A stretch of DNA of 64,000 bases from Nitrososphaerota archaeon (GTDB taxonomy: Archaea > Thermoproteota > Nitrososphaeria > Nitrososphaerales > JACPRH01): NCBI GenBank assembly GCA_016190055.1, contig JACPRH010000005.1, positions 35,233-99,232 of the forward strand, given 5' to 3'. This document shows, in pieces, positions 1 to 9,160 of this stretch; within the stretch, counting starts at the first letter, position 1; every line of letters starts with the position of its first letter. A program made the translations under genes and the position numbers. Below the pieces are notes generated by a model. It searched no databases. It had not been told where the DNA came from and saw only the letters and a list, made by a program, of their open reading frames with translations.

Positions 1-17
1 CCCCCTCTTTTTAGATT

Positions 18-27
18 GCTAGCTAGC
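18..27. repeat. GCTAGCTAGC 10-bp palindrome, exact copy 1 of 4
   Basis: Exact string read at 18-27. Intergenic, 63 nt upstream of ORF 90-779. Confidence 0.9.
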
Positions 28-89
28 CTCCTGCTTCATCAAGACTTATTTCTAACCTAGGTATCTACCTAAAACTAGGATCTTCGGCG

Positions 90-779
90 ATGCTCAGGAA
101 GAACCTTCCCGCCACCGCAACTCTTGCTGCACTACTACTATTCACGGCGCTGCTGCTCCCTGAGTCAGTCTCAGCCATAAGTGGGCCAGGCCCGCCGGAC
201 GTCTATATGGCGGTGACACCGAAGGCGCTGCCTGTAGCGGCAGGATGCCCAGCTACCTTCAACGTTCAGCTAGTCTCTCAAGAAGGCTATCAAGGAGTAA
301 TGAACCTAGATACACTGTCTACGCCAAACGGGGTCGACGCCACCTTCTACCCGAACCCAGTCAGCATCAGAGAATACAGTGAAGCAAATTCAAAGCTCAC
401 AGTAACAGTCTCACCGGACACACCTCAAGGAGTAACAAGCCTATCCCTGAAAGCCGCATCAGCAGACCGAAGAATCAGCCACACCGCAACCGTCACCCTC
501 AACATCGGCCCACCCTGCGCCCAACTACAAAACGGAAAGACGACCACCAGCAGCAGTAACAGCATCATTACCGTAATCTCAGAGGTCACCTTAACTCAGA
601 CGATAACAGCGATTCAAACCAGTACATCAACAATCACTCTGCTAACCACGTTCACAAGCACGACCATTGCATCATCGCTGGAACAAGCTGTAGTACCGTT
701 TACGAGTGTCTGGGCGATTGGAGCCACGATCGTCACCTTGGCGCTGGCTGAAGTCCTGCTTCTGAAAAGAGCAAAATAA
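90..779 (+). CDS. Secreted/surface protein, Thr/Ser-rich, C-terminal membrane anchor (function unknown)
   Basis: N-terminal signal-like hydrophobic stretch (ATATLAALLLFTALLLP). Thr/Ser-rich tract (TTTSSSNS...TSTSTITLLTTFTSTT). C-terminal hydrophobic helix followed by a KRAK tail. Confidence 0.6.
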   Translation: MLRKNLPATATLAALLLFTALLLPESVSAISGPGPPDVYMAVTPKALPVAAGCPATFNVQLVSQEGYQGVMNLDTLSTPNGVDATFYPNPVSIREYSEANSKLTVTVSPDTPQGVTSLSLKAASADRRISHTATVTLNIGPPCAQLQNGKTTTSSSNSIITVISEVTLTQTITAIQTSTSTITLLTTFTSTTIASSLEQAVVPFTSVWAIGATIVTLALAEVLLLKRAK

Positions 780-912
780 CGTAGATAAACTGAATAACTA
801 ACTAATCATTGTAACTTTTTAGAAAGGTTGCAAAGATTTCTTGATGATAGACCGAACTATTATAGCTAGCTTTATACGTTCTTTTGCGGCTCTGAACCGG
901 TGTTTCTCGTAA

Positions 913-2280
913 TTGGGTACTGAGGAGACTGAAGCTAATCCTCACATTCCAAGAATTTTAGTCACCGGTGCCAGTGGGTTTATCGGAGGCCGTTTAGTAG
1001 AAAAACTGTCATCCTCAAGACGATACAAAATCAGATGCCTGACCAGACGCGCCGACACGCTGAAAGAAAGATTCAGCGGAGATGATGTCGAGATAGCGCA
1101 GGGCGATGCTGGAAACTACTACAACTTGGTTGACACATTATCCGGTGTTGACGTAGCCTTCTACCTCATACATTCTATGGAAGGATCCGCATCAGGCTTC
1201 GCGAAGTTCGCAGGGCGAGACAAGTTGTTCGCGGAGAACTTTGCTCGAGCCGCAACCGAGTGCCACGTAAGCAGAATAATCTATCTTGAAGAGCTAGGCA
1301 CGGGTCGAAACGAAGATCTCTCCCACCATATGTGGAGCAGGAGACGAGTCGGCAACATACTTGCGAAATCCACCGCCAAACTCACGGTGTTCAGAGCCTC
1401 CTCAATACTCGGGAAAGGCGGCCACTTATTTGAGATGCTGAGATACCTGGTTGAAAAACTGCCTCTGCTGCTATGTCCGAAGTGGGTTCTGAACAAAACT
1501 CAACCAATATCGGTGGACGACGTGGTAACCTACCTAGCCGAATCAGTAGCCTCGAAGGAGACAGAGGGCAAAATCTTCGACGTAGGCGGCCCAGAAACGC
1601 TCTCCTTCTTTGAAATGATTGAGAGATACGGAAGAATCAAAGGCAAGCAGACCAGAGTCGCTGTAACACCATTCCGCACACCGAGGCTTTCCGCCTACTG
1701 GATTGATCTAGTAACCCCGGTCAAAGCATCAATCGCCCGACCCCTGATCGACGCACTACAACACGATGCGACGGTCAGAGACAACTCAATAAGGCAGCTG
1801 ATCCCCATCAAGCTCAAAAGCTTTGAAGAAACAGTCGAGTCCATAGCAGGCGAGCCTGAAGGCAAAGCAAAGACAACCCAAATCCACCCAGACAAAACAC
1901 TCCTCTACTCCCTATTTGCACTTGAAGTTCTAATGATACCTTACGTAGCCACAACAGCCTTCCTAGGACTATCAAACATACCTTGGATACTCGCAGTCGC
2001 CCTATGGTACCTAGGAGTTGCCTTCGCCATACACTTCATCGACTACGGCGCAAAACTCGGCACACTCTCAGCAGGAATCATAGGCCCACTCTCAATAACA
2101 CTCTGGATAACAAGCGACATAGAGCAGCGGCGACAACTAATCTTAATCACCGGCGCAACAGTGCTCTACAACACCCTCGAAATTGACCTCTCCATACTCG
2201 CCGCAGTCCTAGCTGCAGCATCAGTCTGGGCCCTGCTCAAAACAAAAGTAACACACACTACCACCACCGAACTCCCCTAA
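913..2280 (+). CDS. NAD(P)-binding NmrA/SDR-like protein with C-terminal integral-membrane domain
   Basis: Rossmann motif TGASGFIGG near the N-terminus. The last ~120 aa are strongly hydrophobic (several TM helices). The start in the track is TTG. Confidence 0.75.
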   Translation: MGTEETEANPHIPRILVTGASGFIGGRLVEKLSSSRRYKIRCLTRRADTLKERFSGDDVEIAQGDAGNYYNLVDTLSGVDVAFYLIHSMEGSASGFAKFAGRDKLFAENFARAATECHVSRIIYLEELGTGRNEDLSHHMWSRRRVGNILAKSTAKLTVFRASSILGKGGHLFEMLRYLVEKLPLLLCPKWVLNKTQPISVDDVVTYLAESVASKETEGKIFDVGGPETLSFFEMIERYGRIKGKQTRVAVTPFRTPRLSAYWIDLVTPVKASIARPLIDALQHDATVRDNSIRQLIPIKLKSFEETVESIAGEPEGKAKTTQIHPDKTLLYSLFALEVLMIPYVATTAFLGLSNIPWILAVALWYLGVAFAIHFIDYGAKLGTLSAGIIGPLSITLWITSDIEQRRQLILITGATVLYNTLEIDLSILAAVLAAASVWALLKTKVTHTTTTELP

Positions 2281-2317
2281 CACCTAAACAACCCTCACAT
2301 GTCAGGCCAGCCAGCAA

Positions 2318-2327
2318 GCTAGCTAGC
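2318..2327. repeat. GCTAGCTAGC palindrome, exact copy 2 of 4
   Basis: Exact string, 38 nt after the stop of ORF 913-2280. It runs directly into a GCAA microsatellite. Confidence 0.9.
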
Positions 2328-2333
2328 AAGCAC

Positions 2334-2351
2334 GCAAGCAAGCAAGCAAGC
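2334..2351. repeat. (GCAA)n tetranucleotide microsatellite, ~4.5 units
   Basis: gcaagcaagcaagcaagc read directly, preceded by the imperfect unit gcaagcac. Confidence 0.85.
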
Positions 2352-2514
2352 GAATAGGGGACAGATAGACGTTAATCGCATCTTTAAACAGAAAATCTTC
2401 ACAAAAAATGCTAAACCCGTTCAAGCAAGCAGGCTGTTCTAATCCCTGTACAGGCTGTTCGCATCATTACTCTTAACCTACGCTGACCATATATTAGCTG
2501 CGGAGAATGATAAG

Positions 2515-3615
2515 ATGATGCGAACAATAGGCATCTTGGCAACAGCTGCGATCGTAGCGGCCGGAGCGATTCTACTAATAGCAGCATTTCTGTACCCAGT
2601 TGATCGACAGGTTGGAGGAGTTAACGAACTTACCTTTACGAGAACAGGCGGCTTCATCGGGTTAAACGAGAAGCTGCACATAAAAGAGAATGGAACAGCA
2701 GAGTACACCTCCGACAAATTCGGCAACACAACGATCCACTTAGATAAAACTGAAGTATCGGATCTCCTCAACAGGACCAGTTTCTTCACGGCTGACAAGA
2801 CATACAACCCGATACCGGGCGCTGCAGACTATTTCTTCTACGGATTAGATGTGCAAAGAGGATTTAACGTAACAACAATTCAGTGGGTTGACAGCGGAGC
2901 AGCCAACGAAACTCTGCCCCCACAGCTACTAGATATCCAGAGCCAAATAGAGAGCATAATTCTAAGAGCACGCAATATAACCACGACACCTGGCGCCACA
3001 GAGCAGCAACAGCAAGCAGCCGACATATCTAAAGACTTCATAATTCACGCGCCAACCTTCAAGTTCGACGGAATGAACGAAACACTCCGCGTCATCGACA
3101 CCAAGATACTCGAATCCTTCCCTGAACAATATGTCACTACACTAACCTTCGACTCAAGATTTGCAGGATACGGTAACCGATCCGGACAGATCTTGGCGCA
3201 GGTAATAACCCCGCACACAGCCGTAGTCACCGTAGTCAACAACACCGTAACCTCAGCAATCATCGACGGAAAATGGGACGAACTAAAACAGAAACCGGTG
3301 AACCAACCCATAGTACTGGAGCCTGAGCAGGCCCTAAACCTAGCTATGACCTACATCAAGGAAAAACACCCTGATGCGGCAAAACTAATCAACAGCAGCA
3401 TCACTTGGAACGCAACCAGAACCACACCGGGAGGACTCTTAGGACACGAAACTTACATTTACGAAGGCGGAAACTGGAAAGCAACCATGGAGTGGAGCAT
3501 AGTAGCACCCGAATACCTAACATACAAAATCACAGCGCAACACACATCAGGAATCACTTGGACCGGAGAAGTACACGGAGACCAAGTCACGGAAACAAGC
3601 TTCAAAACCGGCTAA
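2515..3615 (+). CDS. Membrane-anchored extracellular protein, function unknown
   Basis: N-terminal TM helix (IGILATAAIVAAGAILLIAAFLY), several N-x-T/S sequons, and a long uninterrupted ORF starting at ATG. Confidence 0.55.
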   Translation: MMRTIGILATAAIVAAGAILLIAAFLYPVDRQVGGVNELTFTRTGGFIGLNEKLHIKENGTAEYTSDKFGNTTIHLDKTEVSDLLNRTSFFTADKTYNPIPGAADYFFYGLDVQRGFNVTTIQWVDSGAANETLPPQLLDIQSQIESIILRARNITTTPGATEQQQQAADISKDFIIHAPTFKFDGMNETLRVIDTKILESFPEQYVTTLTFDSRFAGYGNRSGQILAQVITPHTAVVTVVNNTVTSAIIDGKWDELKQKPVNQPIVLEPEQALNLAMTYIKEKHPDAAKLINSSITWNATRTTPGGLLGHETYIYEGGNWKATMEWSIVAPEYLTYKITAQHTSGITWTGEVHGDQVTETSFKTG

Positions 3616-3705
3616 GCTAGACCAAGAAGCGACTGCACGAATAATGGGCTCTATGTGGAGCCCAAACGCTTCTTTCTATTTTTCAGGTACTGTTTTCCCA
3701 CTCAG

Positions 3706-4191
3706 CTAGGGGTTTAGGCTCCATATGAAGCCGTTGAGAGCCGCCGCAATCGTCACCCACGCGATATAAGGGACGAGGAGTAGACCAGCCGCTCTGGAAA
3801 CTCTGTAAAACAGCACAATTGTAGCTACGATCGCTATCCACAGCGCCGCAATCTCTATGAGTCCAAGGAGAGGCGATCTTAAGCCAAAGAACAGGACAGA
3901 CCAAAGCGCGTTCAGAACAAGCTGGATGCCGAACACCGACAATGCAGCCCTTACCGAACGATCATCTACGCCTCTGCTCCACACAAGATACAGCGAGACA
4001 CCCATCAAGGTGTAAAGAGAGAGCCAAACAGGAGCGAAGAGCCAGTTAGGAGGCGCAAAGAACGGCTTCTCAAGCCCAGCGTACCACGTCGGAATTGAAC
4101 TGACAGTAAATACAGAGCCGACGATGCCCGCTAACTGGCAAACAACTATAGCCGAGACCAGCCGCGGTAAACGCCTACTATTACTGAACAT
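3706..4191 (-). CDS. tspO: TspO/MBR family tryptophan-rich sensory protein
   Basis: Five hydrophobic segments, Trp-rich, with family-typical blocks (PSWYxxLxKPxFxPPNWLFxPVWxxLYxLMG; LxxNxxWSxLFF). Confidence 0.85.
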   Translation of the reverse strand: MFSNSRRLPRLVSAIVVCQLAGIVGSVFTVSSIPTWYAGLEKPFFAPPNWLFAPVWLSLYTLMGVSLYLVWSRGVDDRSVRAALSVFGIQLVLNALWSVLFFGLRSPLLGLIEIAALWIAIVATIVLFYRVSRAAGLLLVPYIAWVTIAAALNGFIWSLNP

Positions 4192-4489
4192 CCTTGATAG
4201 TTAATCGGTTAACCTCGGAATAAACATTCGATCGAGCGGGACAATGCACAGACATGTCTGGTCTTCCGCTATCAGAGTAGAGCATGTAATCTTTTGTCAT
4301 GGTTATGACCGGTATAATTCAAGGGTCGCCGAGAAGCATAAACTGCAACATCTTCCAAACAGTATTCGGTAAACCTTGCCTGCTGCAACAGTGTTTACTA
4401 GAACCCATGCCGCAGCAAACTGGCGAGAGGAAGGAATAGTGATGCCGCTTTAGGAGCCGGTAGCTCCGCATAATATTAGGGGCCTGCAC

Positions 4490-4900
4490 CTAGCGTTCAA
4501 AGTCGGAATCCCGCAGATCATTGTACTCTCTATCAGATGGTACGAATAGCTCCAAGGCTGCGTCAAGCTTTTGGTACCAGGTCTGAATCTCCTCCTCCCC
4601 ATATTTGCGGTTAAACCTCTCAATTACCTGCTTAACGGCTCGCGGATCAGTCAACGGCTTCGCCACCGAGTTTGCTGACTTGCCGGCTACCGATATGCGC
4701 ACAGAACGGTTTGCCTGAACATTCTTGTACCACTCGGAGTCCGAGCCTTTAACGGGGAGAAGATAGATTCTGCCAGCATCATACACAAACCAGACGGAGA
4801 TGCGACGGCTCTGGCCGCTCTGTCTACCCTTAACAGTGATCTCAAGCTCCTGCGCATTCGACAGCATTGATCTAACGTCTGAAGCGGCCAAGTAGATCAA
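4490..4900 (-). CDS. Small split-barrel (PNPOx/DUF385-like, deazaflavin-dependent nitroreductase-like) protein
   Basis: Size plus the pattern GRxSGxxRxxxVWFVxDxGRIYLLP...WYKNVxANxxVxI resemble the DUF385/PNPOx-like family. Assigned by eye only. Confidence 0.45.
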   Translation of the reverse strand: MIYLAASDVRSMLSNAQELEITVKGRQSGQSRRISVWFVYDAGRIYLLPVKGSDSEWYKNVQANRSVRISVAGKSANSVAKPLTDPRAVKQVIERFNRKYGEEEIQTWYQKLDAALELFVPSDREYNDLRDSDFER

Positions 4901-5078
4901 GACTCTTGAGGGGCATACCGAGACAATAACTTTTCTTGCGGATGCTTCGGCACACAGTAACTCGGGACTATCGCCACGTAAGGCTAGTGACCGCTAACAG
5001 TAGCAGGTCTAGCTGACTAACTATCTAACTGCGCTACTGCTCTTCGAGAGCGACGTTGCTGTTAATTGGTGCAGGGGC

Positions 5079-6293
5079 TTAGAAGAGTGTGACTTTGCCG
5101 TCTATGATGAGCGGAGTTAAGCTGGTGATGTTGGCTAGTTCTTCGTTGAGTATTGAGGAGATTTCGCCGTTGACGTTGGACAGCGATACACCGGGCTCCA
5201 GCACCACTGCGGAGCTGCAGACCTGCGGCTGATCGATTGGTGAGCCGATTCTGCTGAGCAGCCTCACATAAACCTCTTTAACACCCTTGACCTCTGCGAC
5301 AATCTTGTCCGCGGCTCTCTGAGCCAGCACGTTGTAGATCTTGCCTGTGTGGTTGATCGGGTTCTTTCCTGCGCAGGCCTCCATTGAGTACTGCCGCATT
5401 GAAGTAATCAGCCCGTTGTGCCGGTTGCCTCTGCCGGTGTTACCGTCGTCACCAGCCTCAGCTGAGGTGCCTGTGACGGTGAGGTAGTAGACGCTTAGCT
5501 TGGGGCTGTCACCAGCATTCACCTTAACATCCACGTCCAGGTTAGTTAATCTGGATGCGAGATCTTCAACACTCTGCTGCACATCGTTAACTACGCTGTG
5601 GTAGTGGCTAGCATCAGGCATCAGCCTGCTGATCATTGCACTGGCAACTGTGAGGTTAATCTTCTTCTCACGCCGGTATCCCATCACCTTGATGTCTTCA
5701 CCGACCTCCGGCAGCACCTTCTTCAAATCCGGTGAGTTAAGCATCTGCTCTGTCTTAAGAACAAGGTTCTCAGTAGGAGTCAACGGGGCGAAACCGATGC
5801 CGATTGAAGTGTCGTTGCCCAGCGGGATCTTTGAACCGCCGTCGAAAATCGCTACGAGATCTGTGGATCCCTGCTTCACCTTGTACTCGATGTGAACATC
5901 TTTATCGTCTAGGAAGCGGAGCGTTGATTTGAGGAACTCGCTGATAGCTGATTGAGCCAGCACGCCCACCGGTACCTCGTGAACCCCATCTTTCTCCTTG
6001 ATGAGAGATATGGCGCGACCGGCAACCATGATGAAGATAGGCTCAATCACTTCACCCCCACCGAAAACAGGGTTGGATCTGCCGCCGACAAGAATGCCTT
6101 TATCCACATTGTGGTGGAAGACGCGACCGAATTTGCTGAGATAGTATTTGCAGAGAGCTCTGGAGACCGCTTCAGAGGCTCCGTCGATTAGACTGTCAGG
6201 GTGACCCTTTCCCTTCCGCTCAACAATTTCAACTTCTAGATCCGAGACGGGGGCGCATCTTAGCTGTTCAACATGAATTTCTCGTGCACTCAA
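5079..6293 (-). CDS. mat: Archaeal-type S-adenosylmethionine synthetase
   Basis: EIVERKGKGHPDSLIDGASEAVSRALCKYY...HHNVDKGILVGG matches the archaeal MAT N-terminal signature. The ~400 aa length is typical. TTG start. Confidence 0.95.
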   Translation of the reverse strand: MSAREIHVEQLRCAPVSDLEVEIVERKGKGHPDSLIDGASEAVSRALCKYYLSKFGRVFHHNVDKGILVGGRSNPVFGGGEVIEPIFIMVAGRAISLIKEKDGVHEVPVGVLAQSAISEFLKSTLRFLDDKDVHIEYKVKQGSTDLVAIFDGGSKIPLGNDTSIGIGFAPLTPTENLVLKTEQMLNSPDLKKVLPEVGEDIKVMGYRREKKINLTVASAMISRLMPDASHYHSVVNDVQQSVEDLASRLTNLDVDVKVNAGDSPKLSVYYLTVTGTSAEAGDDGNTGRGNRHNGLITSMRQYSMEACAGKNPINHTGKIYNVLAQRAADKIVAEVKGVKEVYVRLLSRIGSPIDQPQVCSSAVVLEPGVSLSNVNGEISSILNEELANITSLTPLIIDGKVTLF

Positions 6294-6313
6294 CTATATC
6301 ACGTCATTAACTA

Positions 6314-6556
6314 CTAAAGATCTGTTTCTATCTTGATGAAGAGGACATTGTTGCCACGTATAACAATTTTCCCATAGTTTGCTGAAAGAGCACCATTGCT
6401 ATGCTCCTCCGCATCAACTAATATTACGTTCATGTACTGGTCGATGTTGATCATTTTACCTTTATACTCCTGATCATTCTTCAGACGAACTGAAACATCT
6501 TTGTTCACTGCCTTCTGCAGCATGTTCAAAGGCTTCTTTACAGAGTCTGACAACAC
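6314..6556 (-). CDS. Sm-like archaeal protein (SmAP/LSm)
   Basis: 80 aa. Sm1/Sm2 pattern: PLNMLQKAVNKDVSVRLKNDQEYKGKMINIDQYMNVILVDAEE...IVIRGNNVLFI. Confidence 0.85.
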   Translation of the reverse strand: MLSDSVKKPLNMLQKAVNKDVSVRLKNDQEYKGKMINIDQYMNVILVDAEEHSNGALSANYGKIVIRGNNVLFIKIETDL

Positions 6557-6627
6557 AAGCTCCTCTTTGGTTACGCAACATCGTCTGTACGTGGAATAAA
6601 AAGGTTGCTCGCAAACCGCGAAATCAT

Positions 6628-7425
6628 CTAAGTAAAGTGTAGATCAAGCCTATCCAACCCTTTAGAGCTATTCTTAGAGAAGACCGCTGCACATTGAGCC
6701 ACATCAACCGTACGGTAATCAACAGACAATGATTTAGCGAGTCGCTTCGCAGCAGGGCGAATGTTGGGCGCTAGGAGGATGCCTCGCAGATCCGGGGAGG
6801 TTTCTCTCATCTGTGAGATGTACCGGTAAAGCTGCTTAACTGCATCAGTGTCAGCGGCCACCCGCTTAACCTCCACCACAGTATATCTTCCTGAACGGTC
6901 TAACCCTGTAAGATCAGCCTTTCCACCACCCAACCCTTTCTGCTCCGAACTGATCCTGAAGCCCGGTTCAATCAAATCAGGATTAGCTCTTAACACACTG
7001 TAGAGATCCTGCTCAGAGATCAGCATGTCAAGCGAAGCATCATCCTTCAGCAAAACTGAGGAGACCAGAGCAACCTCACGGCAAATCACCTCAAGGGTTT
7101 CACGCGGCTTACGCCGGTCAGCCCGGATCACCAGTTCACCCTCCCGCTGAGAAAAGGTGATGCAGCACCCCGGCGGCTGCCAGTTAGCAGCTTCGAAACC
7201 GGTTCTCCTGTGAATCAGCACTGAACCATCCGGTTTCAGCAGAACAACCCGTTCACCCCAACCCATCTTCGAAGAGGAACGGCCATGGTAATCAACCCGG
7301 CAGTCAGCAACCAGTACCGTGAAGCAGCCCCGCGAACAAGCATCAGAAACAATAGACTCAACTTCCTGAAACGTTGGATCGACCTTGACCTGCGGATGAT
7401 TCATACTAACTGACTCCTCAACCAA
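6628..7425 (-). CDS. nucS: NucS/EndoMS mismatch-specific endonuclease
   Basis: Two-domain pattern. The N-terminal half has CRVDYHGRSSS...VLLKPDGSVLIH...ANWQPPG. The C-terminal RecB-like nuclease has GGGKADLTGLDRSGRYTVVEVKR...QLYRY. The true start may be the internal ATG at 7404. Confidence 0.9.
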   Translation of the reverse strand: MVEESVSMNHPQVKVDPTFQEVESIVSDACSRGCFTVLVADCRVDYHGRSSSKMGWGERVVLLKPDGSVLIHRRTGFEAANWQPPGCCITFSQREGELVIRADRRKPRETLEVICREVALVSSVLLKDDASLDMLISEQDLYSVLRANPDLIEPGFRISSEQKGLGGGKADLTGLDRSGRYTVVEVKRVAADTDAVKQLYRYISQMRETSPDLRGILLAPNIRPAAKRLAKSLSVDYRTVDVAQCAAVFSKNSSKGLDRLDLHFT

Positions 7426-7537
7426 CTCTTGACAATCACTGAAACAGAAGAAGTATTCACGATCCTGCTATCACCAGCGGGACGGCTTGTTTAAATGTGC
7501 ATCCACTATCTAAAGAGTAGCCGGAGATCATGCGTAA

Positions 7538-8500
7538 TTGGCCAGCGCACTCATTGAGGATATAGAGTGGATACCGAAGGAGACAGCGAAAGCACTCAGG
7601 GACGCTGGAGTAATATCTGTTCTAGATTTAGCATTAGCACCAAAAGATATCCTCCTGAAGCACGGCATCACTACTGAATCCGCGGCACATATCACTGAGA
7701 AAGCAGTCGGCGAAATCAAGCATCTACAACGGGGAAGCAGCCTACTCGGCAAAGGAGAACAGCGCAGAAAAATATCCACAGGATCCAGCTCACTTGATAA
7801 TCTGCTAGGAGGAGGCGTCTCATCCGGCAGAGTAACCGAGGTTTACGGTGAAAGCGGCGCAGGTAAGACCCAGCTCTGCTTCCAGCTTTGCGTAAACCTG
7901 CTGGCTACGGAACAGAAGAAGAATAAGGAGGAGGAGGAAGAGAGGAAAGGTGACATCGTGTTTATTGATACGGCTGGAACCTTTAGGCCTGAGCGGCTCG
8001 CCCAGATGGCTGCTGACCGCATCAGCGAGGATGAGCTACTCAAACACATCTTCCTCGTGAGTGCTCGTAGCTCAGAGGAGCAGGCCCGAGCTGTTCAGAG
8101 TAGCCAAGAGTCAACGTCCCTGAACACCCAGATGCTTATTATCGACACGTTGACAGACAACTTCGTCTATGAGTTTCAAGGCGAGGATCACATTACCTCT
8201 CGGCAGATATCTTTGGCGCATCACCTCCACGACTTGGCGGAGATGGCGCTGGACAAGGACATACCTGTTGTCGTAACCAACACTGTTAGGACGAGGTTGC
8301 TGGACACAGGCGAGACCCGGATTATCGAAACTGGAGGGAACACTGTTGCGCAGGGTGTTCATCTTCGCCTGAGGCTGGAGCGGCTTAGGGGAAAAGGTCA
8401 AGGGGGGGTAGCTCGTCTAGATGATACCGATATCAAAACGGTACCTAGAGTACGATTTAAGATAGAGAAAAACGGGATCATGGACTGGGAGGAAAAGTGA
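7538..8500 (+). CDS. radA: RadA-like recombinase (N-terminal HhH domain + RecA core), divergent
   Basis: The N-terminal HhH-like segment (IPKETAKALRDAGVISVLDLALAPKDILLKHGITTESAAHITEKA) and Walker A GESGAGKTQ fit RadA, as does IDTAGTFRPERL. The core C-terminal half is divergent and carries an acidic insert (KKNKEEEEERKG). TTG start. Confidence 0.7.
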   Translation: MASALIEDIEWIPKETAKALRDAGVISVLDLALAPKDILLKHGITTESAAHITEKAVGEIKHLQRGSSLLGKGEQRRKISTGSSSLDNLLGGGVSSGRVTEVYGESGAGKTQLCFQLCVNLLATEQKKNKEEEEERKGDIVFIDTAGTFRPERLAQMAADRISEDELLKHIFLVSARSSEEQARAVQSSQESTSLNTQMLIIDTLTDNFVYEFQGEDHITSRQISLAHHLHDLAEMALDKDIPVVVTNTVRTRLLDTGETRIIETGGNTVAQGVHLRLRLERLRGKGQGGVARLDDTDIKTVPRVRFKIEKNGIMDWEEK

Positions 8501-8506
8501 GAAACA

Positions 8507-8893
8507 ATGCCTACATCTGATGGGAAGAGCTTCTTCAACCACATACTGGTTAAGGATGTAATGGCAGCTAAAGCCGTCCTTAAGGAGGAGTTCAAGGTCA
8601 AAGATGACAGGAGTTGGGGTCGATACATGGCGGCACGCGGTATGGTTGGCATGTTGGATAACAAGAACATTGACGACGGCATCTTTGAGGATAAGGAGAA
8701 GATGATGAGGCTAAAGAAGCGGATGACCGAAAGGATAAGCTCAATCTGGTGCGACGAATTTGACAAAGGCTACTTCGACACCTGGATCGGCTTTATCAAC
8801 TACTACCGGCGGCAAGAACAAGAACAAGAGCCGGAGCTACTTGACGCCGCCGGTAAAGAGGGTATTAACCAGAATCCAGATGAAAAGAACTAG
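8507..8893 (+). CDS. Hypothetical protein
   Basis: ATG-initiated ORF 6 nt after the radA-like stop, with a charged C-terminus. No family recognised. Confidence 0.4.
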   Translation: MPTSDGKSFFNHILVKDVMAAKAVLKEEFKVKDDRSWGRYMAARGMVGMLDNKNIDDGIFEDKEKMMRLKKRMTERISSIWCDEFDKGYFDTWIGFINYYRRQEQEQEPELLDAAGKEGINQNPDEKN

Positions 8894-9133
8894 CATAATG
8901 AAGCTCCCTAGCCCTGTGGTAACTATTTTACGAGCCTCTTTCGGCGGGATTTGAGCTGAAACGGTGAAGCGCGCCAAATAGTAGGTTAGGAGATACATCA
9001 ACATGCCGAGAAAAATTCCGTTCTCTCCGCTGAGGCCCGCAAAGACTGTTAACAGTCCTAGAAATAAACCAGTTAAGGTGCCGACAGCGGCCCGCATCCA
9101 AAAGACTTTATCGAGAGGCTTCACTGGAAGCAC
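8837..9133 (-). CDS. Small integral membrane protein (2-3 TM), function unknown
   Basis: Hydrophobic helices (AAVGTLTGLFLGLLTVFAGL; IFLGMLMYLLTYYLA; LGSFIMLVLFIWILV). Its 3' end overlaps the convergent ORF 8507-8893. Confidence 0.45.
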   Translation of the reverse strand: MLPVKPLDKVFWMRAAVGTLTGLFLGLLTVFAGLSGENGIFLGMLMYLLTYYLARFTVSAQIPPKEARKIVTTGLGSFIMLVLFIWILVNTLFTGGVK

Positions 9134-9160
9134 CGTCGCTCAAGGGGGAAGAAGAAACAG

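Noticed and set aside
4192-4489. 300-nt gap searched for a tRNA, ncRNA or small ORF
   Set aside because: No tRNA-like T-arm or acceptor pattern was found. The candidate peptides of 29-46 aa lack motifs. Only a short hairpin (GGAGC-cggta-GCTCC, ~4453-4467) is present, too weak to call.
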